DNA from: Candidatus Saccharimonadota bacterium
Lineage (GTDB): Bacteria > Pseudomonadota > Gammaproteobacteria > Burkholderiales > Burkholderiaceae
DNA: 32,000 nucleotides
Direction: 5' to 3'
Assembly: GCF_016593155.1 (NCBI RefSeq)
Contig: NZ_AP023215.1
Coordinates: 300,001-332,000 of the forward strand
In this document: piece by piece, positions 1-11,904 of the stretch
Numbering within the stretch: the first letter of the stretch is position 1
Layout of the letters: each line of letters begins with the position of its first letter
The notes under the pieces: generated by a model
What the model was told of the DNA's origin: nothing
Databases searched by the model: none
What the model saw: the letters and a program-made list of their open reading frames with translations, nothing else
Translations under genes and position numbers: made by a program

Positions 1-29
1 TAATAAATAAATTCTAAAATTATTTAAAA

Positions 30-698
30 TTATATAAAAAAATTTTTAATAAATAAGTGTTGAATTTTTGAGGTTGTGGTATTAATTCCTAATTTTTTCA
101 TATCAACAATTACTAATCCAGAATAGCCACAAGGATTGATATTATTAAATGGCTCTAAATCCATTGAAACATTAATAGATACTCCATGATAAACATATCC
201 TTTGGTAGAAATTTTTAATCCTATAGAAGCAATTTTTGCCCCTGAAAAAGGACCGTTAGCGATATAAACTCCTGGTGCGTTTTTTTTTCTTTTACAATTG
301 ATATTATATTGTGATAACGTAAGAATTGTAGCTTCTTCAATATTTTCTATTAATTTTTTTATATATATTTTTATATTTTTACTATATTTTCTGCGTAAAT
401 CAATTAATAAATAAATTATAGCTTGACCTGGTCCATGGTAAGTTACCTCTCCGCCTCTATCTGATCGAATAATTGGAATATTATTTAAATTTTTTGAAAT
501 TAAAATATGCGAAAAATTAGATTTTAATCCTAATGTATATACTGGAAAATGCTCAACTAACCATAATTGATCTATTGTATAATTTGTACGATGAGAATTA
601 AATAATAACATTGCATTAAAACTAATTAAATATGGTTCCAATCCACGTTGAACTATTTGTAAATCAGAATGAATATTAGAAATAGAAGTAGAAAACAT
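30..698 (-). CDS. lipB: Octanoyltransferase (lipoyl(octanoyl) transferase) LipB
   Basis: 222-aa ORF. 'RSDRGGEVTYHGPGQ' matches the LipB RGGxxTxHGPGQ signature. The C-terminal 'NPCG' carries the acyl-thioester Cys. Confidence 0.9.
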   Translation of the reverse strand: MFSTSISNIHSDLQIVQRGLEPYLISFNAMLLFNSHRTNYTIDQLWLVEHFPVYTLGLKSNFSHILISKNLNNIPIIRSDRGGEVTYHGPGQAIIYLLIDLRRKYSKNIKIYIKKLIENIEEATILTLSQYNINCKRKKNAPGVYIANGPFSGAKIASIGLKISTKGYVYHGVSINVSMDLEPFNNINPCGYSGLVIVDMKKLGINTTTSKIQHLFIKNFFI

Positions 699-844
699 AT
701 TAAAAATAAATTATAGAGTTGTTTTTAAATATAAATTATTTTAATATATTTTTGCGGTTATTTATATAGTACTTAAAATAGCTGTTGTATTAATGTAAAA
801 TATGCTATTATATTTCAAAAATTTTAATTTTTTATGGATTTCTT

Positions 845-1390
845 ATGAAAACTATTGGTCAATCTCTCTCTTCTTATCGAATTATAGGAGTAAAACCAGG
901 ATTTAATTTACCTGAGGAAAATAATGTTTCAGCGTTTGAGGTTATTACAGAATCTTCTTTTCCTGGTAAATGGAAGATTTTTTATTTTTATCCAAAAGAT
1001 TTTACTTTTGTTTGTCCAACAGAAATTAGCGCATATAATGAATTAGTTAAAGATTTTAAAAAGCGTAATACTATTTTATTAGGCGGTTCAAGTGATAATG
1101 AATTTGTTAAATTAGCATGGCGTCGTGAAAATTCAACTCTTTATAAGTTAAATCATTGGCAATTTTCAGATACTACTGGTTCTTTAATTGATCAATTGGG
1201 AATTCGTCATGAAACTGGGGTTGCATTACGTGCTACTTTTATTTGTGATCCTAAAAATATAATTCAACATATTACAGTAAATAATTTAAATGTTGGTCGT
1301 AATCCAATAGAAACATTACGTATTTTAGATGCTTTACAAACTGGTAAACTTTGTGCTTGTAATCGCATTATAAATGGTAAAACTTTATAA
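845..1390 (+). CDS. ahpC: Peroxiredoxin, AhpC/Prx1 (2-Cys) family
   Basis: 181-aa ORF. 'FYPKDFTFVCPTE' is the peroxidatic-Cys motif. C-terminal 'LCACN' is a CxC resolving-Cys region. The 'NLNVGRNPIETLRILDALQ' block is typical of this family. Confidence 0.85.
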   Translation: MKTIGQSLSSYRIIGVKPGFNLPEENNVSAFEVITESSFPGKWKIFYFYPKDFTFVCPTEISAYNELVKDFKKRNTILLGGSSDNEFVKLAWRRENSTLYKLNHWQFSDTTGSLIDQLGIRHETGVALRATFICDPKNIIQHITVNNLNVGRNPIETLRILDALQTGKLCACNRIINGKTL

Positions 1391-1436
1391 ATAAATATAA
1401 TTTTTTTAAAAAAATTTTTATATTTTTATAATTTAT

Positions 1437-2468
1437 ATGAAATCTATTAGTTCATTTATTTATATAAGTGTAATAATTTTTTTTATATTATTATGCGCAT
1501 ATTTTACTACTGGTTTTTTTATTGTTCAAGAAGGTCAAACTGCGGTAGTTTTAACTTTTGGAAAATATAGTTATTCAGCTATATCTGGTTTTAATTGGAA
1601 ATGGCCTTATCCGATTCAGAATTATGAAATAGTAAATATATCTCAATTACGTACCGTTGAAATTGGATATCGAATCAATATTCACAATAAAAGACCAGAA
1701 GAGGCATTAATGTTAACAGATGATGAAAATATTATTGATATTCAATTTGCTGTTCAATATAAATTGAAAAATGCAGCAGATTGGATGTTTAATAATATTG
1801 ATCAGGAAAACATGATTCGACAGGTCGCTGAAACTGTAATTCGTGAAATTGTTGGCCAAAATAAAATGGATTATTTATTATACGCGGGAAGGGAAAAAGT
1901 TTCATTAGATGTTAATAAATTAATGCAGAATATTTTAAATTATTATAAATCTGGTGTACAAGTTGTTAATGTAACCATGCAAGGTATTCAGCCACCAGAG
2001 CAAGTGCAGGCTATATTTGATGATACAATAAAAGCAGGGCAAGATTGTAAGCGCTTAAAAAATGAAGGACAAATGTATGCTAATGATATAATTCTTAGGG
2101 CAAAAAGTTTGGCGTATCGTTTAATACAAGAATCAGAAGCATATAAATTGCGCGTAATAATAAACGCAGAGGGTGAAACATCACGTTTTCAACAAATATT
2201 AAATGAATATCAAAAATCTCCAGAAATTACTAAGGATCGTATGTATCTTAATACAATGCAGCATATTTTTAGTAATACAACAAAAATTATGTTGAATACT
2301 CATTCTGAAAATAATATTATTTATTTACCAATTGATAAATTAATGGAAAAAGATATTTATAATATTCATAAGTCGAATACAATAAAATCAAATAAAAATT
2401 TAGATTTTAAAAATAATTTTTCTTCTAAAATTAATTTTGAAAAATTAGTAAATTTACAATCTAAATAA
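1437..2468 (+). CDS. hflK: FtsH protease modulator HflK (SPFH/band-7 protein)
   Basis: 343-aa ORF with an N-terminal TM helix, then SPFH domain entry 'FIVQEGQTAVVLTFGKY'. It lies directly upstream of hflC, as in the conserved hflKC operon. The usual pre-TM N-terminal region is missing. Confidence 0.88.
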   Translation: MKSISSFIYISVIIFFILLCAYFTTGFFIVQEGQTAVVLTFGKYSYSAISGFNWKWPYPIQNYEIVNISQLRTVEIGYRINIHNKRPEEALMLTDDENIIDIQFAVQYKLKNAADWMFNNIDQENMIRQVAETVIREIVGQNKMDYLLYAGREKVSLDVNKLMQNILNYYKSGVQVVNVTMQGIQPPEQVQAIFDDTIKAGQDCKRLKNEGQMYANDIILRAKSLAYRLIQESEAYKLRVIINAEGETSRFQQILNEYQKSPEITKDRMYLNTMQHIFSNTTKIMLNTHSENNIIYLPIDKLMEKDIYNIHKSNTIKSNKNLDFKNNFSSKINFEKLVNLQSK

Positions 2469-2480
2469 AAAGAAAATATT

Positions 2481-3350
2481 ATGAATAATCGTTTTTTTAT
2501 TTCTTTGATTATTGGTGTAATAATTAGTTTTTGGTTATTAACTCTTACTTTTTTTATAGTAGATCAGAGACAATTTGCAATTGTATTTTCGTTTGGTGAA
2601 ATTAAAAAAGTTATAAAAGAACCTGGTTTGCATTTTAAATTACCTTTTCCATTTCAAAATATTATTTATTTAGATAAACGTATTTTAACAATTGATATTG
2701 ATGATATAGATCGTTTTATTACATCAGAAAAAAAAAATATCTTAATTGATACATTTGTTAAATGGAGAATATTTGATCCTCGTTTATATTTTATTAGTTT
2801 AGGAGGGGATGAAGAACGAACACAAGATCGTCTGATACAGATAGTAAAATATGCATTAAATGAAGAAATTACCAAACGAACGGTTCGTGAAATAATTTCT
2901 GAAGAGCGTGGAAAAGTAATGAATGCATTACAAATTAAAGTTAAAAAGGAGGCTAAACAAATTGGATTAGAAATTATTGATATTCGTTTAAAGCGTATTG
3001 ATTATATTAATAAAATCAATAATTCAGTGCATGATCGCATGAAATCAGAGAGAATGCGTATAACAAATAAATTACGATCTATAGGTTTTACGGAATATGA
3101 AAAAATAAGAACTAATGCTGATAAAGAATGTGCTTTAATTTTAGCTAAAGCATATCGTGATTCTGAAAAAATTAGAGGAATAGGAGACGCTAAAGCCTCT
3201 AGAATTTATGCAAATTTTTTTAATAAAAATCCAGAATTTTATAGATTTTATCAAAGCCTTAAATCATATAGATTATGTTTTAATAAATCTTCTGATATTA
3301 TTTTTTTAAACCCAAATTCTGAGTTTTTTAAATATTTTGAGAAAATATAA
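2481..3350 (+). CDS. hflC: FtsH protease modulator HflC (SPFH/band-7 protein)
   Basis: 289-aa ORF with an N-terminal TM helix, then 'FIVDQRQFAIVFSFGEI' SPFH entry. It starts 12 nt after the hflK stop. Confidence 0.88.
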   Translation: MNNRFFISLIIGVIISFWLLTLTFFIVDQRQFAIVFSFGEIKKVIKEPGLHFKLPFPFQNIIYLDKRILTIDIDDIDRFITSEKKNILIDTFVKWRIFDPRLYFISLGGDEERTQDRLIQIVKYALNEEITKRTVREIISEERGKVMNALQIKVKKEAKQIGLEIIDIRLKRIDYINKINNSVHDRMKSERMRITNKLRSIGFTEYEKIRTNADKECALILAKAYRDSEKIRGIGDAKASRIYANFFNKNPEFYRFYQSLKSYRLCFNKSSDIIFLNPNSEFFKYFEKI

Positions 3351-3378
3351 TATTAGTTTTTATAAAAATAATATTTTA

Positions 3379-5499
3379 TTATTGAATTAATTTTGAAAGA
3401 TCAGCTATTATATTTAATAATTTATATAGTTTTTTTATTAAAATTAAACGATTAGTTTTTAATAATATATCTTGAGTAATTATTTGTACTTTTTCAAAGT
3501 ATATATTTGTACTATCATATAATTTTATTAATAATTTTAATATTTTAAAAAATTCACCTTTAGAATATAAAATATTTATTTTTGGTTCAATTTTTTTAAT
3601 AATTATATATAAATTTATTTCTTCTGTTTTTTTAAATAATTCATATTGAATTTTTTTATTTTTTAAAAAAGAACTATCTATGTTTTTAAATATATTATGT
3701 ATACGTTTATTAATAGAAAGTATTTTTTTAGATTCTGGTAATAGAATAAATGAATGAATAGCAATAATTTTATCATTAATATTAGATATAATATCTGGTT
3801 TTTTTTTTATTATTGCTTGAATTTCATTAAATTTATATTTTTTTTTATTTAATAAAGTATATAATCTATCATAAATAAATTTTAGTAATTCTTTAGTTGG
3901 GTTATTGAAATGTATATTTTTTTTAAATATATTTACTGTATTATTTAATAATTCTAAAATTGATAACGGAATATTTTTTTCAATTAATATACGTAATATA
4001 CCCATTGTGCAACGACGCAGAGCAAATGGATCTTTATCACCTGTTGGTTTTAAACCAATTCCCCAGATTCCAACTAATGTTTCTAATTTATCAGATAAAG
4101 CCAATATTATGGATATAATATTTTTAGGTAAAGTGTCACCAGAAAAACATGGTTTATAATGTTCTTTTATAGATTTTATTATCTCTATAGATTCTCCATC
4201 ATTATACGCATAATAACCACCGATAATTCCTTGTAATTCTGGAAATTCTATAACCATACTAGTTAATAGATCAGATTTTGATAAAAATGCGGCACGTTCT
4301 ACGAGTTTTGAATTTTCATTAAGTAAGTTTGATATTTTTATTGATATTTTACAAATACGTAAAGTGCGTTCAAATTGATTTCCTAATTTATTATGATAAA
4401 TAACATTTTTTAATAAAGGAACTCTGTCAATTAATTTTTTTTTTTTATCTTGTTCATAAAAAAAATTAGCATCTAATAAACGAGAATGAAGTACTTGCTC
4501 ATTTCCTTTAATAATAAAATATGGATTATTTGTTTCTAAATTAGAAACTATTAAAAATTTAGAACATAAATTATTAGAATCCTTTAATGCAAAATATTTT
4601 TGATATTTTTGCATTATTAAAATTAAACATTCTTTTGGTATAGTTAAGAATGATTTATCGAATCTGCACATATGAATAATTGGCCATTCCACTAAGGCTG
4701 TTACTTCATCTAACAATATTTCAGGCATCAATATTTTGTATTTTCCAGCTGCTTTTAACAATAAATTTCTAATATATTTTTTACGATATTGAAAATTTGC
4801 AATAACTTTACCCTTTTTATTAAGGGTATCTGAATATTGTTCGGCAGAATTAATTTTAATAATTTTTTTTGATAAAAATCGATGACCTAGTGTTTTATTA
4901 CTGGAATTAAGTCCGAATAAGTTTATTTTTATAATATTATCACCATGTAATATAAGTAATTTACGTACAGGTCTTATAAAACAAAATATTTTTTGAGTAT
5001 TATTTATATTATTAAAATTTTGATAATTCATTATTATAGGTATTGGTAATTTAGATATAACTTCTTCTAAAATTTTTTGAAGAGATATTTTTAGTAAAAT
5101 TCCTTTTATAATATGATTATAAAAAAAAAATTCTACTTTTTTTTCTATATTTTTTTCTAATTGATTTAATTTAATTAATTTTATTCCAATTATTTTAGAT
5201 AAATTAGATAATTTTTTTTTTAATAAAACGGTTGGAGCTTTAGATATATTATTTAATGCTAATGAAACTGGAAGAATTTTTTTTCGAATTATTTTGTCAT
5301 GAGAAATTGAACATACATTAGTGATACTAACAGCTAATCTTCTTGGAGTAGCGTAAGGAATTGCAAAAGAATTTTTCTCTAAAAAATTATTTTTTTTTAA
5401 GATTTTATAAAGGATATTAGAAAATTCATTAGAAATTTTATTAAGTATTTTTGATGGTAATTCTTCTGTTAAAAATTCGACAAGTAATATTTTATTCAT
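3379..5499 (-). CDS. glyS: Glycine--tRNA ligase beta subunit
   Basis: 706-aa ORF. The N-terminus 'LLVEFLTEELP' matches the GlyS start (E. coli 'FLVEIGTEELP'). It lies directly downstream of glyQ on the same strand. 'DPFALRR' is a conserved block. Confidence 0.93.
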   Translation of the reverse strand: MNKILLVEFLTEELPSKILNKISNEFSNILYKILKKNNFLEKNSFAIPYATPRRLAVSITNVCSISHDKIIRKKILPVSLALNNISKAPTVLLKKKLSNLSKIIGIKLIKLNQLEKNIEKKVEFFFYNHIIKGILLKISLQKILEEVISKLPIPIIMNYQNFNNINNTQKIFCFIRPVRKLLILHGDNIIKINLFGLNSSNKTLGHRFLSKKIIKINSAEQYSDTLNKKGKVIANFQYRKKYIRNLLLKAAGKYKILMPEILLDEVTALVEWPIIHMCRFDKSFLTIPKECLILIMQKYQKYFALKDSNNLCSKFLIVSNLETNNPYFIIKGNEQVLHSRLLDANFFYEQDKKKKLIDRVPLLKNVIYHNKLGNQFERTLRICKISIKISNLLNENSKLVERAAFLSKSDLLTSMVIEFPELQGIIGGYYAYNDGESIEIIKSIKEHYKPCFSGDTLPKNIISIILALSDKLETLVGIWGIGLKPTGDKDPFALRRCTMGILRILIEKNIPLSILELLNNTVNIFKKNIHFNNPTKELLKFIYDRLYTLLNKKKYKFNEIQAIIKKKPDIISNINDKIIAIHSFILLPESKKILSINKRIHNIFKNIDSSFLKNKKIQYELFKKTEEINLYIIIKKIEPKINILYSKGEFFKILKLLIKLYDSTNIYFEKVQIITQDILLKTNRLILIKKLYKLLNIIADLSKLIQ

Positions 5500-5554
5500 A
5501 TTTATTTTTTTAAAATATTTTTATAAAAATAAGAATTTTAATTTTATTAAAAAT

Positions 5555-6463
5555 TTATTGTTTATTTAACAATGGAAAACCAAGTTTTTTACGTGTTTTA
5601 TAATAAATTTTTGCTATTTTACAAGATAAAGTACGTATTCTTTTTATATAAGAAGCTCGTTCTGTAACAGAAATAATGCCCCTTGCATCTAATAAATTAA
5701 AAGTATGCGTTGCTTTTAGTAGCATTTCATACGAAGGTAATATTAGTAAAAGTTTTAATAATCTTTTAGTTTCGGATTCATAATTATTAAACGTTAATAA
5801 TAAAAAATTAGTATTTGAATATTCAAAATTATAAGATGATTGTTCAAGTTCATTTTGATAAAAAATATCATTATAAGTTAAATGAGTATTTTTTTTTCCA
5901 TAATTATTTTTAATATTTTTTGCCCATATTAAATCAAAAACATTTTTTACTCCTTGTAAATGTACCGCTAATCTCTCAATACCATATGTAATTTCACCTA
6001 AAATAGGTTGACAATTAAGACCACCAATTTGTTGAAAATAAGTAAATTGAGTAATTTCCATACCATTTAACCAAATTTCCCAACCCACCCCCCATGCTCC
6101 AAGAGTAGGGTTTTTCCAATTATCTTCAACAAAACGAATATCATTTTGTTGTAAATTTAATCCAAGAGAAATTAAAGAATTAAGGTATAAATCAATTATA
6201 TTTTCTGGCGCTGGTTTCAGTATTACTTGATATTGATAGTAATGTTGAATGCGATTAGAATTTTTTCCATAACGACTATCTTTTGGGCGGCGAGATGGTT
6301 GTATGTAAGAGACATTCCATGGTTCAGGTCCAATGGCTCTTAAAAAAGTTGCTGTATGTGAAGTACCAGCCCCAACCTCGGTATCACATGGTTGCAGTAG
6401 TGCGCAACCATTAGAAGCCCAATAATTTTGTAAATTTAAAATAATTTGTTGAAATGTTAACAT
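5555..6463 (-). CDS. glyQ: Glycine--tRNA ligase alpha subunit
   Basis: 302-aa ORF. '[33 protein letters not shown]' and '[12 protein letters not shown]' match the highly conserved GlyQ core along its full length. Confidence 0.95.
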   Translation of the reverse strand: MLTFQQIILNLQNYWASNGCALLQPCDTEVGAGTSHTATFLRAIGPEPWNVSYIQPSRRPKDSRYGKNSNRIQHYYQYQVILKPAPENIIDLYLNSLISLGLNLQQNDIRFVEDNWKNPTLGAWGVGWEIWLNGMEITQFTYFQQIGGLNCQPILGEITYGIERLAVHLQGVKNVFDLIWAKNIKNNYGKKNTHLTYNDIFYQNELEQSSYNFEYSNTNFLLLTFNNYESETKRLLKLLLILPSYEMLLKATHTFNLLDARGIISVTERASYIKRIRTLSCKIAKIYYKTRKKLGFPLLNKQ

Positions 6464-6573
6464 TTTTACATATTTTAATAATATAATTGTAGATTCAAAA
6501 TTTTTAAAAATTATATTTTAAAAATTAATTTTTATTTATTTTTATCAATGTACTTTAGTAATATCTAATTAAA

Positions 6574-7443
6574 TTAGTAATATAAAGGAGTAAAAATTCT
6601 TTCAGCTAAAATAATATGTACTTTACGTTCATCGGCTGAAATTATAGTAAATAAAATACCATCTTGTTCAAGTTTATCTCCCTTAACTGGGACTCTTCGT
6701 AAATTATTAGCGATAAAACCGCCTATAGTATTTGCATTTGTATTAGATAACTTGGTTCCAAGTACTTCATTGCAATGTGAAATTTCAGTTAATCCTTTAA
6801 TTTTCCAACAATGACCTCTTTCATTATCTTTAATAGGAAGAATATCATCTTTATCTTCATTTGTATCATATTCATCCTCAATGTCTCCAACAATTTGCTC
6901 AAGAACATCTTCAATTGTAATAAGACCAGATACACCCCCGTATTCATCTACTACAATTGCCATATGATTATGATTAGAACGAAAATCACGTAATAATATA
7001 TTTAAGCGTTTTGTTTCTGGAATAAAAATAGCTGGACGTATTGTTTTTCTTAAATCAAATGATTCATTAGCGTAATAGCGTAATAAATCTTTTGCTAACA
7101 ATATACCGATAACTTTATCTCGATCACTTTCAATTACTGGAAAACGTGAATGAGCAGTATTAAGAACATTTGGAATCCAACTTTTAATTGGTTGATTAAT
7201 ATCAATAATATCCATCTGCGATCGTGGTATCATGATTTTATGAACTGAGAGATCTAATACTTGAAAAACACCTTTAATCATTGATAATGTATCAGAATCA
7301 ATTAAATTACGAACATAAGCATCTTGCAATACATTAAGTAATTCCGTGCGATTTTCTGGTTCAGAAGATATAAAAGCTGTTAATCGTTCAAATAATGAAC
7401 GATTAGACTTATTAAAATTAGAATTATTTAAAAATTCTTGCAT
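6574..7443 (-). CDS. corC: CBS-domain Mg2+/Co2+ efflux-associated protein CorC (YbeX/HlyC-CorC family)
   Basis: 289-aa ORF with tandem CBS region ('IMIPRSQMDIID...SRFPVIESDRDKVIGILLAKDLL'), 'HMAIVVDEYGGVSGLITIEDVLEQIVGDIEDE' and a C-terminal CorC_HlyC module. It sits in the conserved position next to ybeY. Confidence 0.87.
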   Translation of the reverse strand: MQEFLNNSNFNKSNRSLFERLTAFISSEPENRTELLNVLQDAYVRNLIDSDTLSMIKGVFQVLDLSVHKIMIPRSQMDIIDINQPIKSWIPNVLNTAHSRFPVIESDRDKVIGILLAKDLLRYYANESFDLRKTIRPAIFIPETKRLNILLRDFRSNHNHMAIVVDEYGGVSGLITIEDVLEQIVGDIEDEYDTNEDKDDILPIKDNERGHCWKIKGLTEISHCNEVLGTKLSNTNANTIGGFIANNLRRVPVKGDKLEQDGILFTIISADERKVHIILAERIFTPLYY

Positions 7444-7540
7444 ATTGACTTTTTTTTAAAATAAATTTTTCTATAAAATAATTATATTTATAATTTTTTT
7501 TAAAATAGTAATTTTCAGTAAAAATCTTTTTTATTATAAA

Positions 7541-8002
7541 TTAATAATTATTATAGGGGTTTGATATATTTAATATTTTTAATAACTTAATTTCAATTTT
7601 TTTCATTTTATTGGCCTCGATAGTTGTTTTATGACAGTAACCTTGAGCATGCAATATACCGTGTATAATTAAATGCGCTACATGTTCTTCAATTATTTTG
7701 TTGTATTTTTTTATTTCAAATTGAAGTACATCCACACAAAGCACAAGATCTGCATGTATTGGTTTATTTTTTTTTGAATATACAAAAGTTAATATATTTG
7801 TAGCATATTTTTTTTTTCTATAATTATAATTTAATTTTTGTCCTTCAATAATATCAACGAATCTAATAGTTAATATAGCTGAAGAATATAAAGCCACTTT
7901 TACCCAGTGTTTAAGCAATGTGTATGGAAAAATTTTTTTTAAACTAGAATCTTTATATTGCACAAATAATAATAATGATTTTTTATGATTACTTAATAGC
8001 AT
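7541..8002 (-). CDS. ybeY: rRNA maturation endoribonuclease YbeY
   Basis: 153-aa ORF. 'HLIIHGILHAQGYCH' is the HxxxHxxxxxH zinc motif of YbeY. It lies between miaB and corC. Confidence 0.87.
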   Translation of the reverse strand: MLLSNHKKSLLLFVQYKDSSLKKIFPYTLLKHWVKVALYSSAILTIRFVDIIEGQKLNYNYRKKKYATNILTFVYSKKNKPIHADLVLCVDVLQFEIKKYNKIIEEHVAHLIIHGILHAQGYCHKTTIEANKMKKIEIKLLKILNISNPYNNY

Positions 8003-8026
8003 AATTTTAATTAAAGCTTTATAAAT

Positions 8027-9373
8027 TTATATAATTTTTGCTTTTAATGTACTTGAACAAATTTTTAAAATTTTAACATCAATTAATTTACCAATTAAAT
8101 TAAGATTATTGGAGTCGCTATTAAAATTAACAATACGATTATTTTCAGTTCGACCTTGCATTTCAGAAATATTTTTTTTAGATCTAGATTCGACTAAAAT
8201 TTTTTGTATACTACCAATCATTTTTAAATTAATGTTATTTACGTTTTTTTTTATTATTTCTTGTAAATATTTTAAACGTTTTAATTTGGTTTTATGAGAC
8301 ACATTATCTATTAAATTTGCAGCCGGAGTTCCTGGTCTTGGGCTAAAAATAAAACTAAAACTTTTATCATATCCAATATTTTTTACTAATTTAATTAATT
8401 CATTAAAATCTTCATTAGTTTCTCCTGGAAATCCAACAATAAAATCGCTAGAAATCGAAATATCTGGTCGTATTTCACGTAAGTTTTTTAATATTAATTT
8501 ATATTCATTAATAGTATAACCGCGTTTCATTTTTGATAAAATTCTATTTGAACCATGTTGTGCTGGTAGATATAAATGATTAACTAATTTTGATGTTTTA
8601 GAGTAAATATTAATTAAACGCTGAGTAAATTCTTTAGGATGACTAGTAATAAAACGAATACGTTTAATATCAGAAATATTTGCAATATATTCAATTAATA
8701 AAGAAAAATCAATAATTTGAGTTAATCCATTTCTATCAATTATTGTGTCTTTATAGGCATTTACATTTTGTCCGAGTAATGTAATTTCTTTTACCCCCTG
8801 TGAAACAAGTTCATATATTTCGTTTATTATACTATTAAATTTTCTAGAGACTTCTTCACCCCTAGTATAAGGAATTATACAATAACTACAGTATTTGCTG
8901 CAACCTTCTGTAATAGATACGAAAGCAGTAATTCCATTAATTTTAGCTGGAGGCATATAATCAAATTTTTCAATTTCTGGGAAATCAATATCAATTTGTA
9001 TTTTACCACTAATTTTACGCTTATAGATCATTTGAGGTAATCTATGTAAAGTTTTTGGTCCAAATATTATATCAACATATGGTGCTCTTTTTAAAATAGC
9101 TTTACCTTCTTGTGATGCAACGCATCCTCCAACACCAATCAATAAATTAGGTTTTTTTAATTTAAGTTTATATAATCTACCTAAGTTAGAAAAAAGTTTT
9201 TCTTGAGCTTTAATACGTACAGAGCATGTATTAAGCAAAATAATATCAGCGTCTTCTGGATAATTAGTTTGAATAATATTATTTGAATAGTTTAATATGT
9301 CAAAAATTTTATTTGAATCATATTCATTCATTTGACATCCAAAAGTTTTAATAAATAGTTTTTTTTGCATCAT
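8027..9373 (-). CDS. miaB: tRNA-2-methylthio-N6-dimethylallyladenosine synthase MiaB (radical SAM)
   Basis: 448-aa ORF. N-terminal '[14 protein letters not shown]' marks the UPF0004 domain. 'CSKYCSYC' is the radical-SAM CxxxCxxC motif. A C-terminal TRAM region is present. Confidence 0.92.
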   Translation of the reverse strand: MMQKKLFIKTFGCQMNEYDSNKIFDILNYSNNIIQTNYPEDADIILLNTCSVRIKAQEKLFSNLGRLYKLKLKKPNLLIGVGGCVASQEGKAILKRAPYVDIIFGPKTLHRLPQMIYKRKISGKIQIDIDFPEIEKFDYMPPAKINGITAFVSITEGCSKYCSYCIIPYTRGEEVSRKFNSIINEIYELVSQGVKEITLLGQNVNAYKDTIIDRNGLTQIIDFSLLIEYIANISDIKRIRFITSHPKEFTQRLINIYSKTSKLVNHLYLPAQHGSNRILSKMKRGYTINEYKLILKNLREIRPDISISSDFIVGFPGETNEDFNELIKLVKNIGYDKSFSFIFSPRPGTPAANLIDNVSHKTKLKRLKYLQEIIKKNVNNINLKMIGSIQKILVESRSKKNISEMQGRTENNRIVNFNSDSNNLNLIGKLIDVKILKICSSTLKAKII

Positions 9374-9516
9374 TTATAAATTTAATTTTTTTTAGGTAAT
9401 TTTTAGATATTTTATACGAAATTATATAAGTAATAAAGTAACAAAAAATAATAAAAGAAATAATGTTATTTTTTATTAAATTTTTATATATTTAACTTTT
9501 ATTCAATAAATAATTT

Positions 9517-10662
<1,146 letters not shown>

Positions 10663-11347
10663 TTAATAAATATTTTATATGCCCTGTATTATTTATCCAA
10701 AAAATTAAGTTATTGATAAAATCACCTAATTTAGTAAAGAATAATAATAAGACAAAAAAAAAGAAAAGAATATTATATATGAAAATATTGTTAAATGACG
10801 ATATTGTTAATTGCTTTATACATTTTAAATGAATGATATATAAAAATTATTAATATTTAAATAAATTATTTTCCATAAAAATAAAAATAGTAACTTTGTT
10901 AATCCATTAATAGATGGCACTAAAATTTTGTAGAATTTATAATTTAAAATTAAAAGAGAATTTTTTTATATCTTTTTGTTTATTATAAAAATAATATAAA
11001 AAATTTTCTATAAGAAAATAGATTATTTTTCAAATTTTTTTAATGTATAAATTATAAAAACAGAACAATTTATTGTAAAAGAATATTTTTAAAAACATTA
11101 ATTAATATTATTATAAATAAAATTTTATAAATTTTTTTCCATTTAATAAAATTTTAAAATTTAATATAAAATTTTTATAAAATAATAAATTGTATAGATT
11201 AAAATAAATACATTAAACTGTGTGTCATTTAATATTGAATTTAAAAAATAGTTAATGTTAAATGCATATATATTTAATTAATATATTATTTATGAAATTT
11301 ATAAACTAGTTATGATTATTAGTATTATTAATAAAGGAGTATATTAA

Positions 11348-11590
11348 ATGACACGAATTTGTCAAATAACAAAAAAAAAACCAATAGTCGGTAATAATGT
11401 TTCTCATGCAAATAATAAAACTAAACGAAGGTTTTTACCTAATTTGCATAATCATCGTATTTTTATTGAATCAGAAAATCGTTGGGTTTCTCTTCGTATT
11501 TCAAATTCTGGTTTACGAATTATTAATAAAATTGGTATACATGCAGTTTTATCTAATATGAAAAAAAATAATAAAAAAATAATATTATAA
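11348..11590 (+). CDS. rpmB: 50S ribosomal protein L28
   Basis: 80-aa ORF. '[33 protein letters not shown]' matches the L28 N-terminus. A strong SD 'aaggag' at 11334-11339 sits 8 nt upstream of the ATG. Confidence 0.93.
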   Translation: MTRICQITKKKPIVGNNVSHANNKTKRRFLPNLHNHRIFIESENRWVSLRISNSGLRIINKIGIHAVLSNMKKNNKKIIL

Positions 11591-11628
11591 ATATCATAAA
11601 AATATCATAAAAGGAAAAATTATTTACA

Positions 11629-11796
11629 ATGGCTAAATCAAGGCGCGATAAAATAAAATTACAATCTACTGCTGGTACCGGACATTTTTATACAACAACT
11701 AAAAATAAGAATTCTAAATCAAAAAAAATTAAAATAATGAAATTTGACCCTAAAATAAGAAAACATGTTTTTTATAAAGAAAAAAAAATAAAGTAA
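11629..11796 (+). CDS. rpmG: 50S ribosomal protein L33
   Basis: Not in the ORF track (55 aa). My own translation from ATG 11629 is [55 protein letters not shown], with TAA at 11794-11796. '[11 protein letters not shown]' and 'KFDP..RKHV.YKE.K' are L33 hallmarks. It follows rpmB as in the conserved rpmBG operon, with an 'aagga' SD upstream. Confidence 0.88.
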   Translation: MAKSRRDKIKLQSTAGTGHFYTTTKNKNSKSKKIKIMKFDPKIRKHVFYKEKKIK

Positions 11797-11822
11797 TTAA
11801 ATTTTTAATATTTTAAAAATAG

Positions 11823-11848
11823 AATGCCATTTTCAATGGCATTATTTT
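11823..11848. terminator. Rho-independent, probably bidirectional, terminator between convergent rpmG and valS
   Basis: Perfect 9-bp stem aatgccatt (11823-11831) / aatggcatt (11835-11843) with loop ttc and three G:C pairs. 'atttt' follows on the + strand, and a T-run follows on the - strand (rc reads ...ctattttt). Confidence 0.6.
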
Positions 11849-11904
11849 AATAATTTAAATAAAAGTAATATTTTATTTAAATTTTAAAAAATAAAAATTA
11901 TATT

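Noticed and set aside
1399-1416. 18-bp perfect palindrome aatttttttaaaaaaatt between ahpC and hflK, considered as a terminator
   Set aside because: It is a pure A/T homopolymer pair (T7A7). As RNA it would form a negligible hairpin, and such low-complexity palindromes are expected in this composition.
2666-2875. 69-aa ORF antisense within hflC
   Set aside because: It is embedded in a supported CDS and has no motifs.
3905-4159. 84-aa ORF antisense within glyS
   Set aside because: It is embedded in a supported CDS and has no motifs.
6811-6993. 60-aa ORF antisense within corC
   Set aside because: It is embedded in a supported CDS and has no motifs.
8109-8297. 62-aa ORF antisense within miaB
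   Set aside because: It is embedded in a supported CDS and has no motifs.
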